NCBI GenBank assembly: GCA_965644315.1
Contig: CBFFRQ010000032.1
Coordinates: 558,001 to 622,000 of the forward strand
DNA: 64,000 nt
Reading direction: 5' to 3'
Origin: Caecitellus pseudoparvulus
Lineage: Eukaryota > Protista > Bigyra: Bicosoecida
Shown in pieces: positions 1 to 10,287 of this stretch. Each line of letters starts with the position of its first letter. Within the stretch, counting starts at the first letter, position 1. Below the pieces are notes generated by a model. It was not told where the DNA came from. It was given only the letters and a program-made list of their open reading frames with translations, and did no database searches. Both the position numbers and the translations under genes were made by a program.

Positions 1-1
1 C

Positions 2-550
2 GGGGAGGGCGCCCGCATGGTGCGCGAGCTCTTCGTCATGGCGCGGGAGGCTGCCCCTACCATCATCTTCATGGACGAGGTGGACTCCATCGGCTCCTCC
101 CGAGGGGGCGGCAGTGGCAAGGGCGACAGCGAGGTGCAGCGCACCATGCTGGAGCTGCTGAACCAGCTGGACGGCTTCGAGGCGACGCAGAGCATTAAGG
201 TCATCATGGCCACCAACCGCATCGACATCCTGGACAGCGCCCTGCTGCGGCCGGGGCGCATCGACCGCAAGGTGGAGTTCCCCCACCCCAACGAGGCTGC
301 GCGTGAGCACATCCTCAAGATCCACTCCCGCAAGATGAACCTCATGCGCGGCATTGACCTGCGCAAGATCGCGCGCCAGATGGCGGGCTGCAACGGCGCC
401 GAGTGCAAGGCTGCCTGCACTGAGGCTGGCATGTTCGCTCTCCGTGAGCGCCGCATCCACGTCACGCAGGAGGACTTCGAGATGGCCTGCGCCAAGGTGA
501 TGAAGAAGGACGGCGACCGGGACATGTCTGTTTTGAAGCTGTTCAAGTAG
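2..550 (+). CDS. RPT6: 26S proteasome AAA-ATPase subunit RPT6/PSMC5, C-terminal part (5' end outside window)
   Basis: [16 protein letters not shown], Walker [41 protein letters not shown], and C-terminal [14 protein letters not shown]...KLFK typical of Rpt6. Confidence 0.96.
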   Translation, partial: GEGARMVRELFVMAREAAPTIIFMDEVDSIGSSRGGGSGKGDSEVQRTMLELLNQLDGFEATQSIKVIMATNRIDILDSALLRPGRIDRKVEFPHPNEAAREHILKIHSRKMNLMRGIDLRKIARQMAGCNGAECKAACTEAGMFALRERRIHVTQEDFEMACAKVMKKDGDRDMSVLKLFK

Positions 551-747
551 TTGGCAGGTGCTGGACTGTGCTGGAGAATGCATCCGTCGGCATGATTGGC
601 ACCCTACCCAAGCGGGATGCCAGAGCGGGGTAAACATGGTGCACAGCGACCATCACGCTTGAATGGACAATGTACACGACTCAAGAAACCTCTTCAGGTG
701 GTGGAAGTGAAGCAGGACATGCGTGCGTGGGCCGAACCAAATTCAGC

Positions 748-3274
748 ATGTGGCCATTGTTCGTGTTGCTTGCTGCAGCTGCGCAGTTGGCCAACGCAGG
801 CCAGTCCTCGGCCGGCTTGAAGGAGTTGTCCTGCGTCCGGATTTCCGAGCCGGATCAGGGGATCCTGCCTGTTCAGGAATGGATGCTGAATGATGACTTT
901 TGTGATTGTATGGACGGCACTGATGAGCCCCATACAGCAGCCTGTGCAAGGCACACAGCTCGAAAGGTGCGGGCGCGTTTTGCGTGCGTTTCGGGCGCCG
1001 TTTTCAACATCGACGCGCTCCCTGCAGTTTGAGTGCTACCGTGGAGGCCAAGAGGTGTTCCACTCAGTTGTCCATGATGGGGTTTGTGATTGCTGTGATG
1101 GAAGTGATGAGCCTGACGGGTGCCCTGACTCCTGCGGCAAAGCCATGAGTGACTTGGCTGATGCTGCTGGCGTTCTGCTGGACAAGCTGTCGCAGCAGGC
1201 AGAAGGCAAGGCTGCCCTTCTTGCAAGAGCCAGAGCTCAGTGGCACCATTGGAGAGGCTTATCAGCCACCCTCAAAGCCAATCTGCAGCAGCTGACTGTC
1301 CTAGAGGCGCTGTTGGAGCACCGGCTTGAAGTGGAGCGAGTGGTGCAAGACGAAGCACAGCGGGAGGCAGCGTTCAATAAACGGCATGCGTTGACGGTTG
1401 GCATCGCACTGGGCCAACCTCTGCGACAAGCTGCCACGGAGCCGCCCCTTACGTGGCCGTTTGGCAGTGGGTCTGGAGTGCCGGTCTCTGAGACCCTGCT
1501 GCCCAACGCGTCTGAGGCATTCGTCCGCGCTGGCGCTGCCCTGAGCACCAGCACACTAGCAAAGCATGTGCAAGGAGTGGGAGATGCTGTGCAGCACAGG
1601 ATACAGCGCAAGGCGCACAAGCTTGCGCCAAGCTGGCCTTCCCACGTGCTCAGTGCCGCGGAAGCCGTTTCGCAAGGTTGCACTGCCACAATAGCCAATG
1701 CCGCCTTCATGCGACACTGCACAGTGCACCACGGGGGAGAAGAAGAGCCTGTCATGGTGCCTGGCGCCTGGATCCAAGGGTCCCAGGTCCAAGGCTCCCG
1801 TGTCCGACTTTCGCCTGCACTTGTGCAGCGCCACATTCGGCCGCTCAGCGCGGCGGCAGCCTTGCTGAACGGGACAATGCCCACAGTTCACGGAAAACCT
1901 TCGCTGTTGGGATTCTTGTCCGCGTTGCCTGGTTCTGGCAGCGTGCCTGTCGCAGCCTTGATCAAGGAGGCTGGGGCGCTGCCAGCTGAAGCGTACGCCG
2001 GCTGCGGGTCTGCATGGAAAACTCAGGGATTGGCTGGCAGCGGGCCAGTTGACATCGCCCGTCTGGTTGCAAGTGTTGCCGCTGGCGACAGTGGTGGCCG
2101 GCTCCTCGCAGAAGCCAGTATGTCTGCCCCTACTAAGCACAGCGGGCGACGCGGGCGCTCAGCTGCGCGGAAGCAGGGCTTGCTTGGTGGCTGGCTCAAC
2201 GGGGGCACTGGGGGCTACAAACTCCCCTTGCTGCGTGTATTGCAGGCGTTAGGCATCGTTTGCATGCCCTTGCGCTGGGCTGTCGACGCAGGGGTGCTGG
2301 CTGCAAAGCTGTTATTGTGGAGTGTCGAGAGCTACCTACCTCCTGCCTTTCGCGAGCCGCCCGCGCTGCCCGTCGCTGTGGTGCAGCTCGGCAGCAAGGT
2401 GCGCAAAGTCATGGTCCGCTATGGAATTGAGTGGGCTCTTTCAGTGGTGTGGGGCACTGCAGATGTCGTGTGGGACGTGGTGTTCCCGCCCCGTGACACG
2501 TCGGTGGTGCGTCCTGAAATTGAAGCGCTTCAAATCGCGCTTTCGTCAACCAAGTCTGCCCAAGCACACGTGCGATCTGCACTGGACGAAGTTGACATTA
2601 TAGCACAGCTATCATCATCTCAGCGCCTGTCTGATGGCGAAGCTGCACGGCTCGTCTTGAGCGTTGGCAGCAGCACCACGCTGATGGGGCTGTCTCCGTC
2701 CGCCCCGTTCTCAGTTGCCGATGCGTTGCTCGCTGATAACACCTCGCGCAACATCCCCCCCCTTGTGCACAGTGCCACGTGCCCCGCCTTCCGCGACCCA
2801 TCGTATGAATATGAAGTGTGCTTCGGCCAGCGTGCGCTGCAACGCGACCTGTCCACTGGAGCTACAGTCATGCTGGGGCAAAAACCTCTCCAGGGCAAGG
2901 ACCAGAAGCAGCACCGTCATGGTCTAGGAGAGGATGTGCACACTGTCACTCAAACGGCGTTGGGTCACGGGACCCAGCAAGCGCTCGCGCAACTGCTGAC
3001 CCACGACCCGGAAACGTGGCACAACGGAACAGCCTGCTGGGGCATGGGGCCGCGGGCAGTTGACCTTGTCATGACGTGTGGAGAGCCCCCGTCGGACGCG
3101 CGCGAGTCCCTACACCCGCTGGGCTTTTTGCCACCGTCAAGCGCGGTGGCTCGCCTGCAATCTGTCGCAGAGCGGCAGCCATGTGTCTACACAGCAGTGC
3201 TTGAGTCTCACCTATTCTGCACGCGGGAGCAAGAGCAGGCTCTAGCCAAGCTGTCTCAAGTTGATGATCACTGA
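748..3274 (+). CDS. Glucosidase II beta subunit (PRKCSH)-like protein; 2 exons, intron 967-1027
   Basis: Signal peptide MWPLFVLLAAAAQLANA; LDLa-like LNDDFCDCMDGTDEP and VHDGVCDCCDGSDE; coiled coil; C-terminal MRH-like domain (YEYEVCFG, NGTACWGMGPRAVDLVMTCG, ERQPCVYTAVLESHLFC). A 61-bp GT-AG intron joins the two ORFs in frame. Confidence 0.85.
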
Positions 3275-3315
3275 ACCATGGCTCGTGGCATGCCATTTGC
3301 ATTTTCCGCTGGGGC

Positions 3316-4274
3316 TTAGTCCCCTCCGTAGCCGCCGTCAGAAGGGGCGTGGGACTCGGCGGGCCGGGTAGGGGGAGGCCCACGGTCATCATAACCACCA
3401 CGAGCAGGGGGGGGCCCACGGTCATCATAACCACCGCGAGCCGGGGGGGCGCCGCGGTCATCGTAGCCACCGCGAGCAGGGGGGGGCCCGCGGTCATCAT
3501 AACCACCGCGAGCAGGGGGGGGGGCGCGGTCATCGTAGCCACCGCGAGCAGGGGGAGGCCCACGGTCATCATAACCACCGCGAGCAGGGGGGGGGGCGCG
3601 GTCATCGTAGCCACCGCGAGCAGGGGGAGGCCCACGGTCATCGTAACCACCACGAGGAGGCCCACGGTCATCATAGCCACCACGAGGAGGCCCACGGTCA
3701 TCGTAACCACCACGAGGAGGCCCACGGTCATCATAGCCACCACGGTACCCGCGGTGTCCACCATCCCGGTCATCCCAACGCCGAGGACCGCCGTAGCCGC
3801 CTCGTCGATCACCATCTGAGAGGAGGACAGAAGCATGTTCTCAAGTGATGCAGGAGCAGGCAGAAACGAGAGTCTTACCCCTTGGGCGGCGCCCGGTGCT
3901 CTTTGAGAAGTCAACGCGGAGCCTGAGTCCCTCAAATTCAGTGTCATTTAGCTGAGCCACTGCAGCGTCTGCGGCATCCTGCCCGATGATCTCCTGCGAT
4001 GCGTGCCGCCATTGAGGGTAGCATACCAGAGGCAACACACATCAACTGAATGCACGCACGATGAAGCCGAATCCGGGAGGGTTGCGCGCCACCCTGAGTA
4101 GGCGTCAGTCAGGGGCAGTGGAGTGCACTTGCGCTATTCAATTTCCGCCCTCCACACTCACCAAACCTTCACCACCTCCCCGAACTTCTCAAAGAGCTGA
4201 CGGACGCTGTCCTGTTGGGTATCCTGTGTAAGGCCACCCACAAAGAGCTTCACAGGGGCTCCAGCTGACGCCAT
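3316..4274 (-). CDS. SRSF3/SRSF7-type RRM protein with RGG/Y-rich repeat tail; 4 exons (introns 4094-4161, 3994-4059, 3816-3878)
   Basis: Spliced product [50 protein letters not shown]...[18 protein letters not shown] is the SRp20/9G8-type RNP1 context. Not present as a single ORF in the track. Confidence 0.85.
3372..3745 (-). repeat. Coding tandem repeat, about 11 units of 30/36 bp ([10 protein letters not shown] / [12 protein letters not shown])
   Basis: Units such as cccacggtcatcatagccaccacgaggagg repeat directly. Confidence 0.9.
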
Positions 4275-4683
4275 GATTGGCAAAGGAGCAAGTGCCACTG
4301 CAGCCGATCCGGCGCAAGGCTGGGGTTCAGCGGCGGAAGGGAACTGTGCCTGATCAGACGCTCAGCCACAGTGCCAGTTGTCAGTAGCAGTTAAGTGGGA
4401 AGTGTAGCGTGTGCCAGTGTGTCATTGCTCAGGGTCTGCTGCTGTTGGGGAGGCGTGGTGTTGCTGCGCTTGTATGCTTTGCGCGACGCTCCATGCAGAA
4501 CATCCACGTCACTTCGTTGGCATCATCCCCATCACTGGACTCGAACACGGGCTGTTTGGGCTTTCGGCGCAGTTGTGCTGGGCACGTTGGCCGTGTTGCG
4601 GAGCAAAGTCCTCGCCGCAATACCCTGCTTGAACACCGTGGGTGCGTGAGAAAGTGGGACCCACATGAGAACGAAGTGAACGT

Positions 4684-5412
4684 TCAGGAGAAAGACAAGG
4701 CTGCCAAGCAGTGTGCAAACCCTGCGACGAACGCAAGGCCTCCCCAAGCAGTGAACCGCAGGCGCTGGGCCCGCACCTGCCCTGGCCCCTGGGCGGACTG
4801 CAAAGGCGCCATGAGTTTGTCTAGCTCTGCAGTGCGTTGCAAGTCCAGCTGCATGTACACAGCGTCATGTTCTGGGTTGGGGCAGTACGGTGCAGTGGGC
4901 CTGAAGCCCATGGAGGTGTAGAGCGCCACTGCTGCCGCCTGCCGCTGCAACGAATCCAGCACCACCGAGCGGTACCCCCTTGACACTGCGTCAGCGATGA
5001 TGTGCAAGGAGAGCAGGCGGCCAAATCCATGGCCCCTCTGCCTGGGTGAGATGAACAGCCTTTTGATCTCGGCTTGCTCTGGGGGACCCCGCTGCTTCAG
5101 TGCCACACACCCAGCGGCGCTCCAGCCAACTCCATGCGTCCACACTTCTGCAAGCCACATGCTGCCCCCGCGGTCGCATGAGTACTTTCCAGGCAGAAGT
5201 TGAAGCTCTTCTTCGAAACCTTGGAATGCGTCAATGTCAACGCCGATGGCGAGCAGAGCATCCCCATGTGCACGCATGAAACTCCGCACGAGCTCAAGTC
5301 TTCCCCCACACTCCCCTCGCTGAACCAGAGAGAGCTTCACCAGGGTGCCATTGTAGAGATATGTCGATGTAGCATGTACTCCTGTGCTTTCTACAGCACG
5401 CGGCGACGGCAT
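4684..5412 (-). CDS. GNAT-family N-acetyltransferase (start codon uncertain)
   Basis: AAGCVAL...AEIKRLFISPRQRGHGFGRLL (acetyl-CoA motif A), VVLDSL...AVALYTSMGF (motif B), PYCPNP; hydrophobic C-terminal tail. Confidence 0.85.
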   Translation of the reverse strand: MPSPRAVESTGVHATSTYLYNGTLVKLSLVQRGECGGRLELVRSFMRAHGDALLAIGVDIDAFQGFEEELQLLPGKYSCDRGGSMWLAEVWTHGVGWSAAGCVALKQRGPPEQAEIKRLFISPRQRGHGFGRLLSLHIIADAVSRGYRSVVLDSLQRQAAAVALYTSMGFRPTAPYCPNPEHDAVYMQLDLQRTAELDKLMAPLQSAQGPGQVRAQRLRFTAWGGLAFVAGFAHCLAALSFS

Positions 5413-5897
5413 TGGTCCCAGGCGTGAGTCTGCGTGCGTCAGGCTTCTCTCTGTCTGAGCCGAACTTGCCTGCCGGAGCGGCAAGCGATGGCCACAAACA
5501 ACAAGATCAAATTCTGAAAAAAATCAAGGGAGTAATGAATACTAATTACATGCTTGGACCGCGGGGAACAGCTTTGATGAAGTGAAAAGTGGCCCCGTGG
5601 CGTTTCGTCTGCCACAAGCTGCAGTTCAGTTTCCGCAGGCAGCGAGGCACAAGGCGCTACCCAGGGTGAGTGGTTGATGTTGCTTTCGTTTCCGAGTTGA
5701 AAAGATTAAATCAACTAGAGCACACCTTTCATTGTCATGCATTCCGGGACTTTGCGGGTTTGGGTGACACTGTGGGCAAGGCGTGTTGGTCACAAGAAAC
5801 TGCGAGGTGGAACTGCAGACTTGCTCCTTCCCCGCAGGAAGTCGACCCTGCGGCCCCCACTTCTGCAGGGAAGCACCAATCAACGTCTCCACTCCCT

Positions 5898-6740
5898 ATG
5901 GCAGGGCCCGCTGAAGGAGATGGACTCATTCACGGTGCTCCTGATCATCCCGTGACGGAGACCCGATTCTTGATGGCCTGCAATGCCGGCCAAGCACACA
6001 TTGTCAGGGACATGCTGGCACAAGGAGTCTCTCCTGACTGCAGGCTGCACGGAAAGAAGGGCGAGACAGGGTTGCACCTCCTCTCCCGACTGCCAGAAGG
6101 ACCGGCGCAGCTTCAAACTGCGCAGGCCCTGTTTGGTGCAGGGGCCTCCGTGAACCTGCGAAGTGGCAAGGGCAAGGCCACGGCACTACACCGGGCGGCA
6201 TTCTACGGTGCCGTCGCCCTCGCTGAGGTGCTTGTGCAGGCTGGGGCTGATGTGCATTCGCGGGATGGCTCCAAGACCGCCAAGACTCCGTTGCTCATCG
6301 CTGTGGAGCGACACCACGTGCAAATGGCGCAGTTCCTAATCGAGCAGGGTGGCGATGTCACCTACCATGGCTCTGGGAAAGCCAACCATGGGCTGATATA
6401 TGCAGCAGGGCCAGGAACGGTGGACATGCTGCGTCTTCTGCTTGATGCAGGCGCACCAGTCGGGATGCAGTGCATGTTCGGTGACTCGCCGCTGCATAAG
6501 GCAGCGTATCATATGCGATTCGACAGCATTGCGCTGCTGCTTGCGGCAGGAGCGGATCCCTGTGTGCAGAACAGGCAAGGTCAGAGCCCATCAGATGTTG
6601 CGAAGGCTAGCCTCTCCCAGCCCGGCCCCAAACCAGACCGCTGGGACAGGATTCTTCCACTTTTGCACAAGGCAGCAGCGTGGAGTCGGCGGAGGGCCAC
6701 CCTTCGCCTAAAGTATCAGGTTGCAAGAGGTGCCGAGTGA
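5898..6740 (+). CDS. Ankyrin repeat protein (about 6 canonical repeats)
   Basis: GETGLHLL, ATALHRAAFYG, KTPLLIAVERHH, GDSPLHKAAYH, GQSPSDVA; probable start MAGPAEG at 5898. Confidence 0.9.
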   Translation: MAGPAEGDGLIHGAPDHPVTETRFLMACNAGQAHIVRDMLAQGVSPDCRLHGKKGETGLHLLSRLPEGPAQLQTAQALFGAGASVNLRSGKGKATALHRAAFYGAVALAEVLVQAGADVHSRDGSKTAKTPLLIAVERHHVQMAQFLIEQGGDVTYHGSGKANHGLIYAAGPGTVDMLRLLLDAGAPVGMQCMFGDSPLHKAAYHMRFDSIALLLAAGADPCVQNRQGQSPSDVAKASLSQPGPKPDRWDRILPLLHKAAAWSRRRATLRLKYQVARGAE

Positions 6741-7193
6741 AATGCAATGCATGGTTGGGTTGAGGAGTGGTGAGGGGGGACTTGTGGAGGCGTCACTCGT
6801 TTGGGGCAGGCAGAGACACTCAGAAATCGATCTGCTGATTCAGGTTGAAGCGCGTGGGGCTTTTTGAATGCAGTGCAGCAGAATAGGCTTACGCGAGCTG
6901 CTGCGCAACGCTGCGCACGAGCACCCCTCCCCTTTCTGCCCCTATCTGTGAGGCGCAAAGTCACCCTCCCAGCAAGAATCAAAGTGTCAGCCCCTTTGAT
7001 CAGTCGCTTTTGGCCTTATCAAGCTCCTTCTGCTTGAAGTCTCGCCATTGCTGCTGACGCTTGCACCTCGCGACGCCAGCTGCGGATTTGGAAGCACTCA
7101 AAACACAACAAGGCAAGTGAAGCTCGCTCAGCTAGCGCCCTCGCGCTGTGGACAAATGCTTGCTCATCGAAAGATGCTGCAACATTTCTTGCC

Positions 7194-7832
7194 TTGGTGC
7201 GCTCTAGTCTGCGGGGGAAAGGCCCCTTGTCAAAGGTTCTGACGACCAAGCATGCTACGGAAGCACTGAAAGTCGAGTACGAAGTTGGTCATGTTGGCCT
7301 GCTCTGTGCGATGCTTGGGCTCTTTGCCCTCCAACCCGGGTTCGACGAGAATGATGACAGGCGCAGGCGCAAGATTGCTTTCATTGGGGCATGTGAGCGC
7401 GGCCACTTGGGCGTGGTCCGATTCCTTCTCAGCTTGCCATCCCCCGAGCCGGAGGAGAGCCCGCCCATCGAGGGCGACCTCTACCACCTTGGGTTTGATG
7501 CACCTTGGGGCTACGTGAACACAAGCTTGCTGCTTGAAGTATTCGGAATGGTGCGGCCCCGTGCCAAGGACGGGTATGGGTTGGAGAGTGGGTTTCAGGT
7601 CGCCTGTGAATGTGGACATGTGGACATCTTGTGTGAGCTCCTCGCGCTGTCTGGCAAGCGAGCCATCAATGTGTGCCAGCGGGACGAAGAGGGCCCAGAG
7701 GCGGCCTTCCGAAATGCTTGGGCGCATGGCCGTGCGTGTGTCGTGCGCGAGCTTCTCAAGCTCGAAGGAGACACGTACTCCAAGCGCTTCTTCTTTCACT
7801 ATGCACGAAGCGTGAAATCTAACCAAGGCTAG
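7194..7832 (+). CDS. Short or degenerate member of the 38-aa ankyrin-like repeat family (possible pseudogene; start uncertain)
   Basis: AFIGACERGHLGVVRFLL, GFQVACECGHVDILCELLALSGKRAINV, GPEAAFRNAWAHGRACVVRELL match the repeats of 10288-11445. Confidence 0.65.
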   Translation: MVRSSLRGKGPLSKVLTTKHATEALKVEYEVGHVGLLCAMLGLFALQPGFDENDDRRRRKIAFIGACERGHLGVVRFLLSLPSPEPEESPPIEGDLYHLGFDAPWGYVNTSLLLEVFGMVRPRAKDGYGLESGFQVACECGHVDILCELLALSGKRAINVCQRDEEGPEAAFRNAWAHGRACVVRELLKLEGDTYSKRFFFHYARSVKSNQG

Positions 7833-7925
7833 GAACATGCGGGGTCAGCGCGAGACGAGTAGGAGGAGGGAGGGGGGGGCTTGACAGAGGCTGCTGCTTG
7901 AATAGACGAGGGTTGCATTAGCACT

Positions 7926-9701
7926 TCAAGTCGCCTGTCGATCAGCCTGAGCCCCCTGCAGGGCGTGCTTGAATGTCCCGTTAAGGAAGCTGCGGAACAT
8001 GTCGAAGTCCTTCATGCCCCCAAAAGGAGTGTACGAAAAATCGCCAGACAGCAATTCCTCGACGTTGTGTCCCATGCAGCTCTGCAAGAACTTTCCCAGT
8101 AGAGGGCAACGCACGCCTTCAAGTGCGTTGTGTGACCACTCCTCTTCGATGGCCTGGAGTACGGGCTTCGTCACGAGGACCTCCAGCGTCTCCACATTCA
8201 ATGGGCACTGCTGGTCTTCTGCAACGTCATGTTGGGAAGGGGAAGTGCCGGTCGGGGTGACCCCACGCTTCATTTTGTCAGTGCACTTCATGAAGGCGTG
8301 CTTGGCGAGCAGCAAGATCGTCTCTACTTCAGCATCTCCCTCAAGTTCTGCGAAGGCCCTTTCAACCCTCCCCTTGTCTGCCGCATCCAGCCGTTCAAGC
8401 GCAGGTTGGAAACCCTTGTCTACTTCTGGCTGCACCATACCCGACACCTCTGTGGCAAAGTGGGAGTGCATAACGTCGATGCGGCCGTACTGAAGACCTC
8501 TTTCAAGTTCATCTGGAGCCAGGTGACCAAGAGTCAATGAATCCCCTTGTTCCAGACTAATGTCGCGCAGATGCCTAAACATCTTTCCATCCGCGCCTGG
8601 TCCAACCCCTGTAGCCATTTGCTCCCGGAGAATGTCACGCATTCCTTGTCCCAATAAAAATGAACGAAGCTCTTGTTGGAACGCACTCTGTAGGCCCGGA
8701 GGGATGCCTCGTGGGTACATAGGAACATCAGTGCAGCATGTGCGCGAGTTCTTGCACTCACTGGCTCCCTTCGTTGCTCATACACCTCGTCCTCGTCACT
8801 TGACGCCTCATCCTCACTCGATGTCTCGTCCTCACTTGACGCCTCGTCCTCACTCGATGTCTCGTCCTCACTTGACGTCTCGTCCTCACTCGATGTCTCG
8901 TCCTCACTCGATGTCTCGTCCTCACTGGACGCTTCCACTTCACTTGTCGTATCCTCTGCACTTGAAGTCCCCTGTTCAAGCGGCACGTGCCCCTCCAGTT
9001 GTGGGTCACTGGCGCTCACGATCGGAATAGATGCTTGGCGATTCAGGATATAGGCGTGCTGGAGCAGTTGCTCTGCCCCAAGATCCATGCGTGAGGGGGG
9101 AGCATCGCTTGGACGGAGTGGGGGCTCCCCTTGACTGAGGCATAGCTCCAGGAAGAAGCGCAGGTCTGCCTCCCATTCACTGCCCTTGGCGCACATCGAC
9201 AGACACTCTGCCATGCACTGCAGCTTCTGGGGGTCAAAGAGGGTGCAAATTGCGGACAAGTCAGGGACTGCCTGTGGAAGGTAAGGTAAAGCAAGGAGTC
9301 ACTACGGCCCAGTGATTGCCCACAGGCAGGTTTTTCACCTCCAGTGACAGAAGCACGCTGAGAGCTGAAGCTTTCGTCTGGTTGCACATGCTGCTTGCTA
9401 GAATAGCGTCTACAACCCGCTCCAGTCTCTCTTGCTCGTCCCGGCAGAGGGTTTTCCACCACTTGAGACCCCGCAGCCTGTCAGTGTACTCCGCATTGTC
9501 CGCTGCGCTAGCGGAGTGGGAGAAGAAGCGAAGCATTGGCCGTTGCAAGTAGACAGAGGCTTCCACGCCCACTTGGAGGGCTTCGAGGCGCGGGAGCGCG
9601 AACACCAGTGCCGAGCCACCCGGAGCAAGTTCCGCAGCCCATCCCCGGCGCAGTCCGAGCCCTGTGCGCCGCATGGCACGGTGGGCTTGCGAAGGCAGCA
9701 T
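7926..9701 (-). CDS. Uncharacterised protein with acidic repeat; 3 exons (introns 9272-9338, 8688-8761)
   Basis: Three consecutive minus-strand ORFs join in frame via GT-AG introns of 67 and 74 bp; Arg-rich N-terminus resembling a mitochondrial presequence. Confidence 0.6.
8787..8930 (-). repeat. 18-bp coding tandem repeat (SSEDET/A, about 7-8 copies)
   Basis: cctcactcgatgtctcgt units and variants. Confidence 0.9.
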
Positions 9702-10287
9702 GATTGCTGAAAGGCCTTTTTCTGCTGAGCTTGAACATGCCGCTGATTGTCAGTTGAGGTGAGCGTGGATTGTTTGGCCGGCCCTTGAGAATGTGCGTGA
9801 GTCACCACCGAAACGCAAAACGCGCACGCATGACTCAGTCCAGGCGTCGCTACCTCATGCAGTTAAGAAAGAAGGCCATTCTTAGCTACTACTTGGAGTT
9901 GTGCTGGCCTTCGCAGGCAAACGTTTCCTGGCTCCCAGCATCGCTCTAGAGCTAGAGCGTGGTGCTCTTGGTGCATCAAAGCTCAAGCACAACACCTGCT
10001 GCTCCGTGCTGCCGAGCAGGAGCAGCAATTCCAGACCAAAATCACACACACTTAGCTGGCTAGCATTCTCAGCTGCTTGTACTTACGTCTACCAATCCAG
10101 CGAAGCTTTGTCGGAGGACTGACTTGGCCGATAAATGAGTCTGGCCCTGCACAACGTGCGCACAGGATGCACTCGCGAAAACGAACGCGTCGTGGTCGTG
10201 TGGAAACGGCTGGATGCCTTTCGAAAGGCTCCTGATGTCCAGCAGTGGGTTCAAGACCTTGCACTGTGGCGCTCAGGGGTGCTCGGG

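Noticed and set aside
3069-3947. 292-aa hydrophobic ORF (MMTVGLLVV repeats)
   Set aside because: Alternative frame of the [10 protein letters not shown] exon; the splice phase selects the RGG frame
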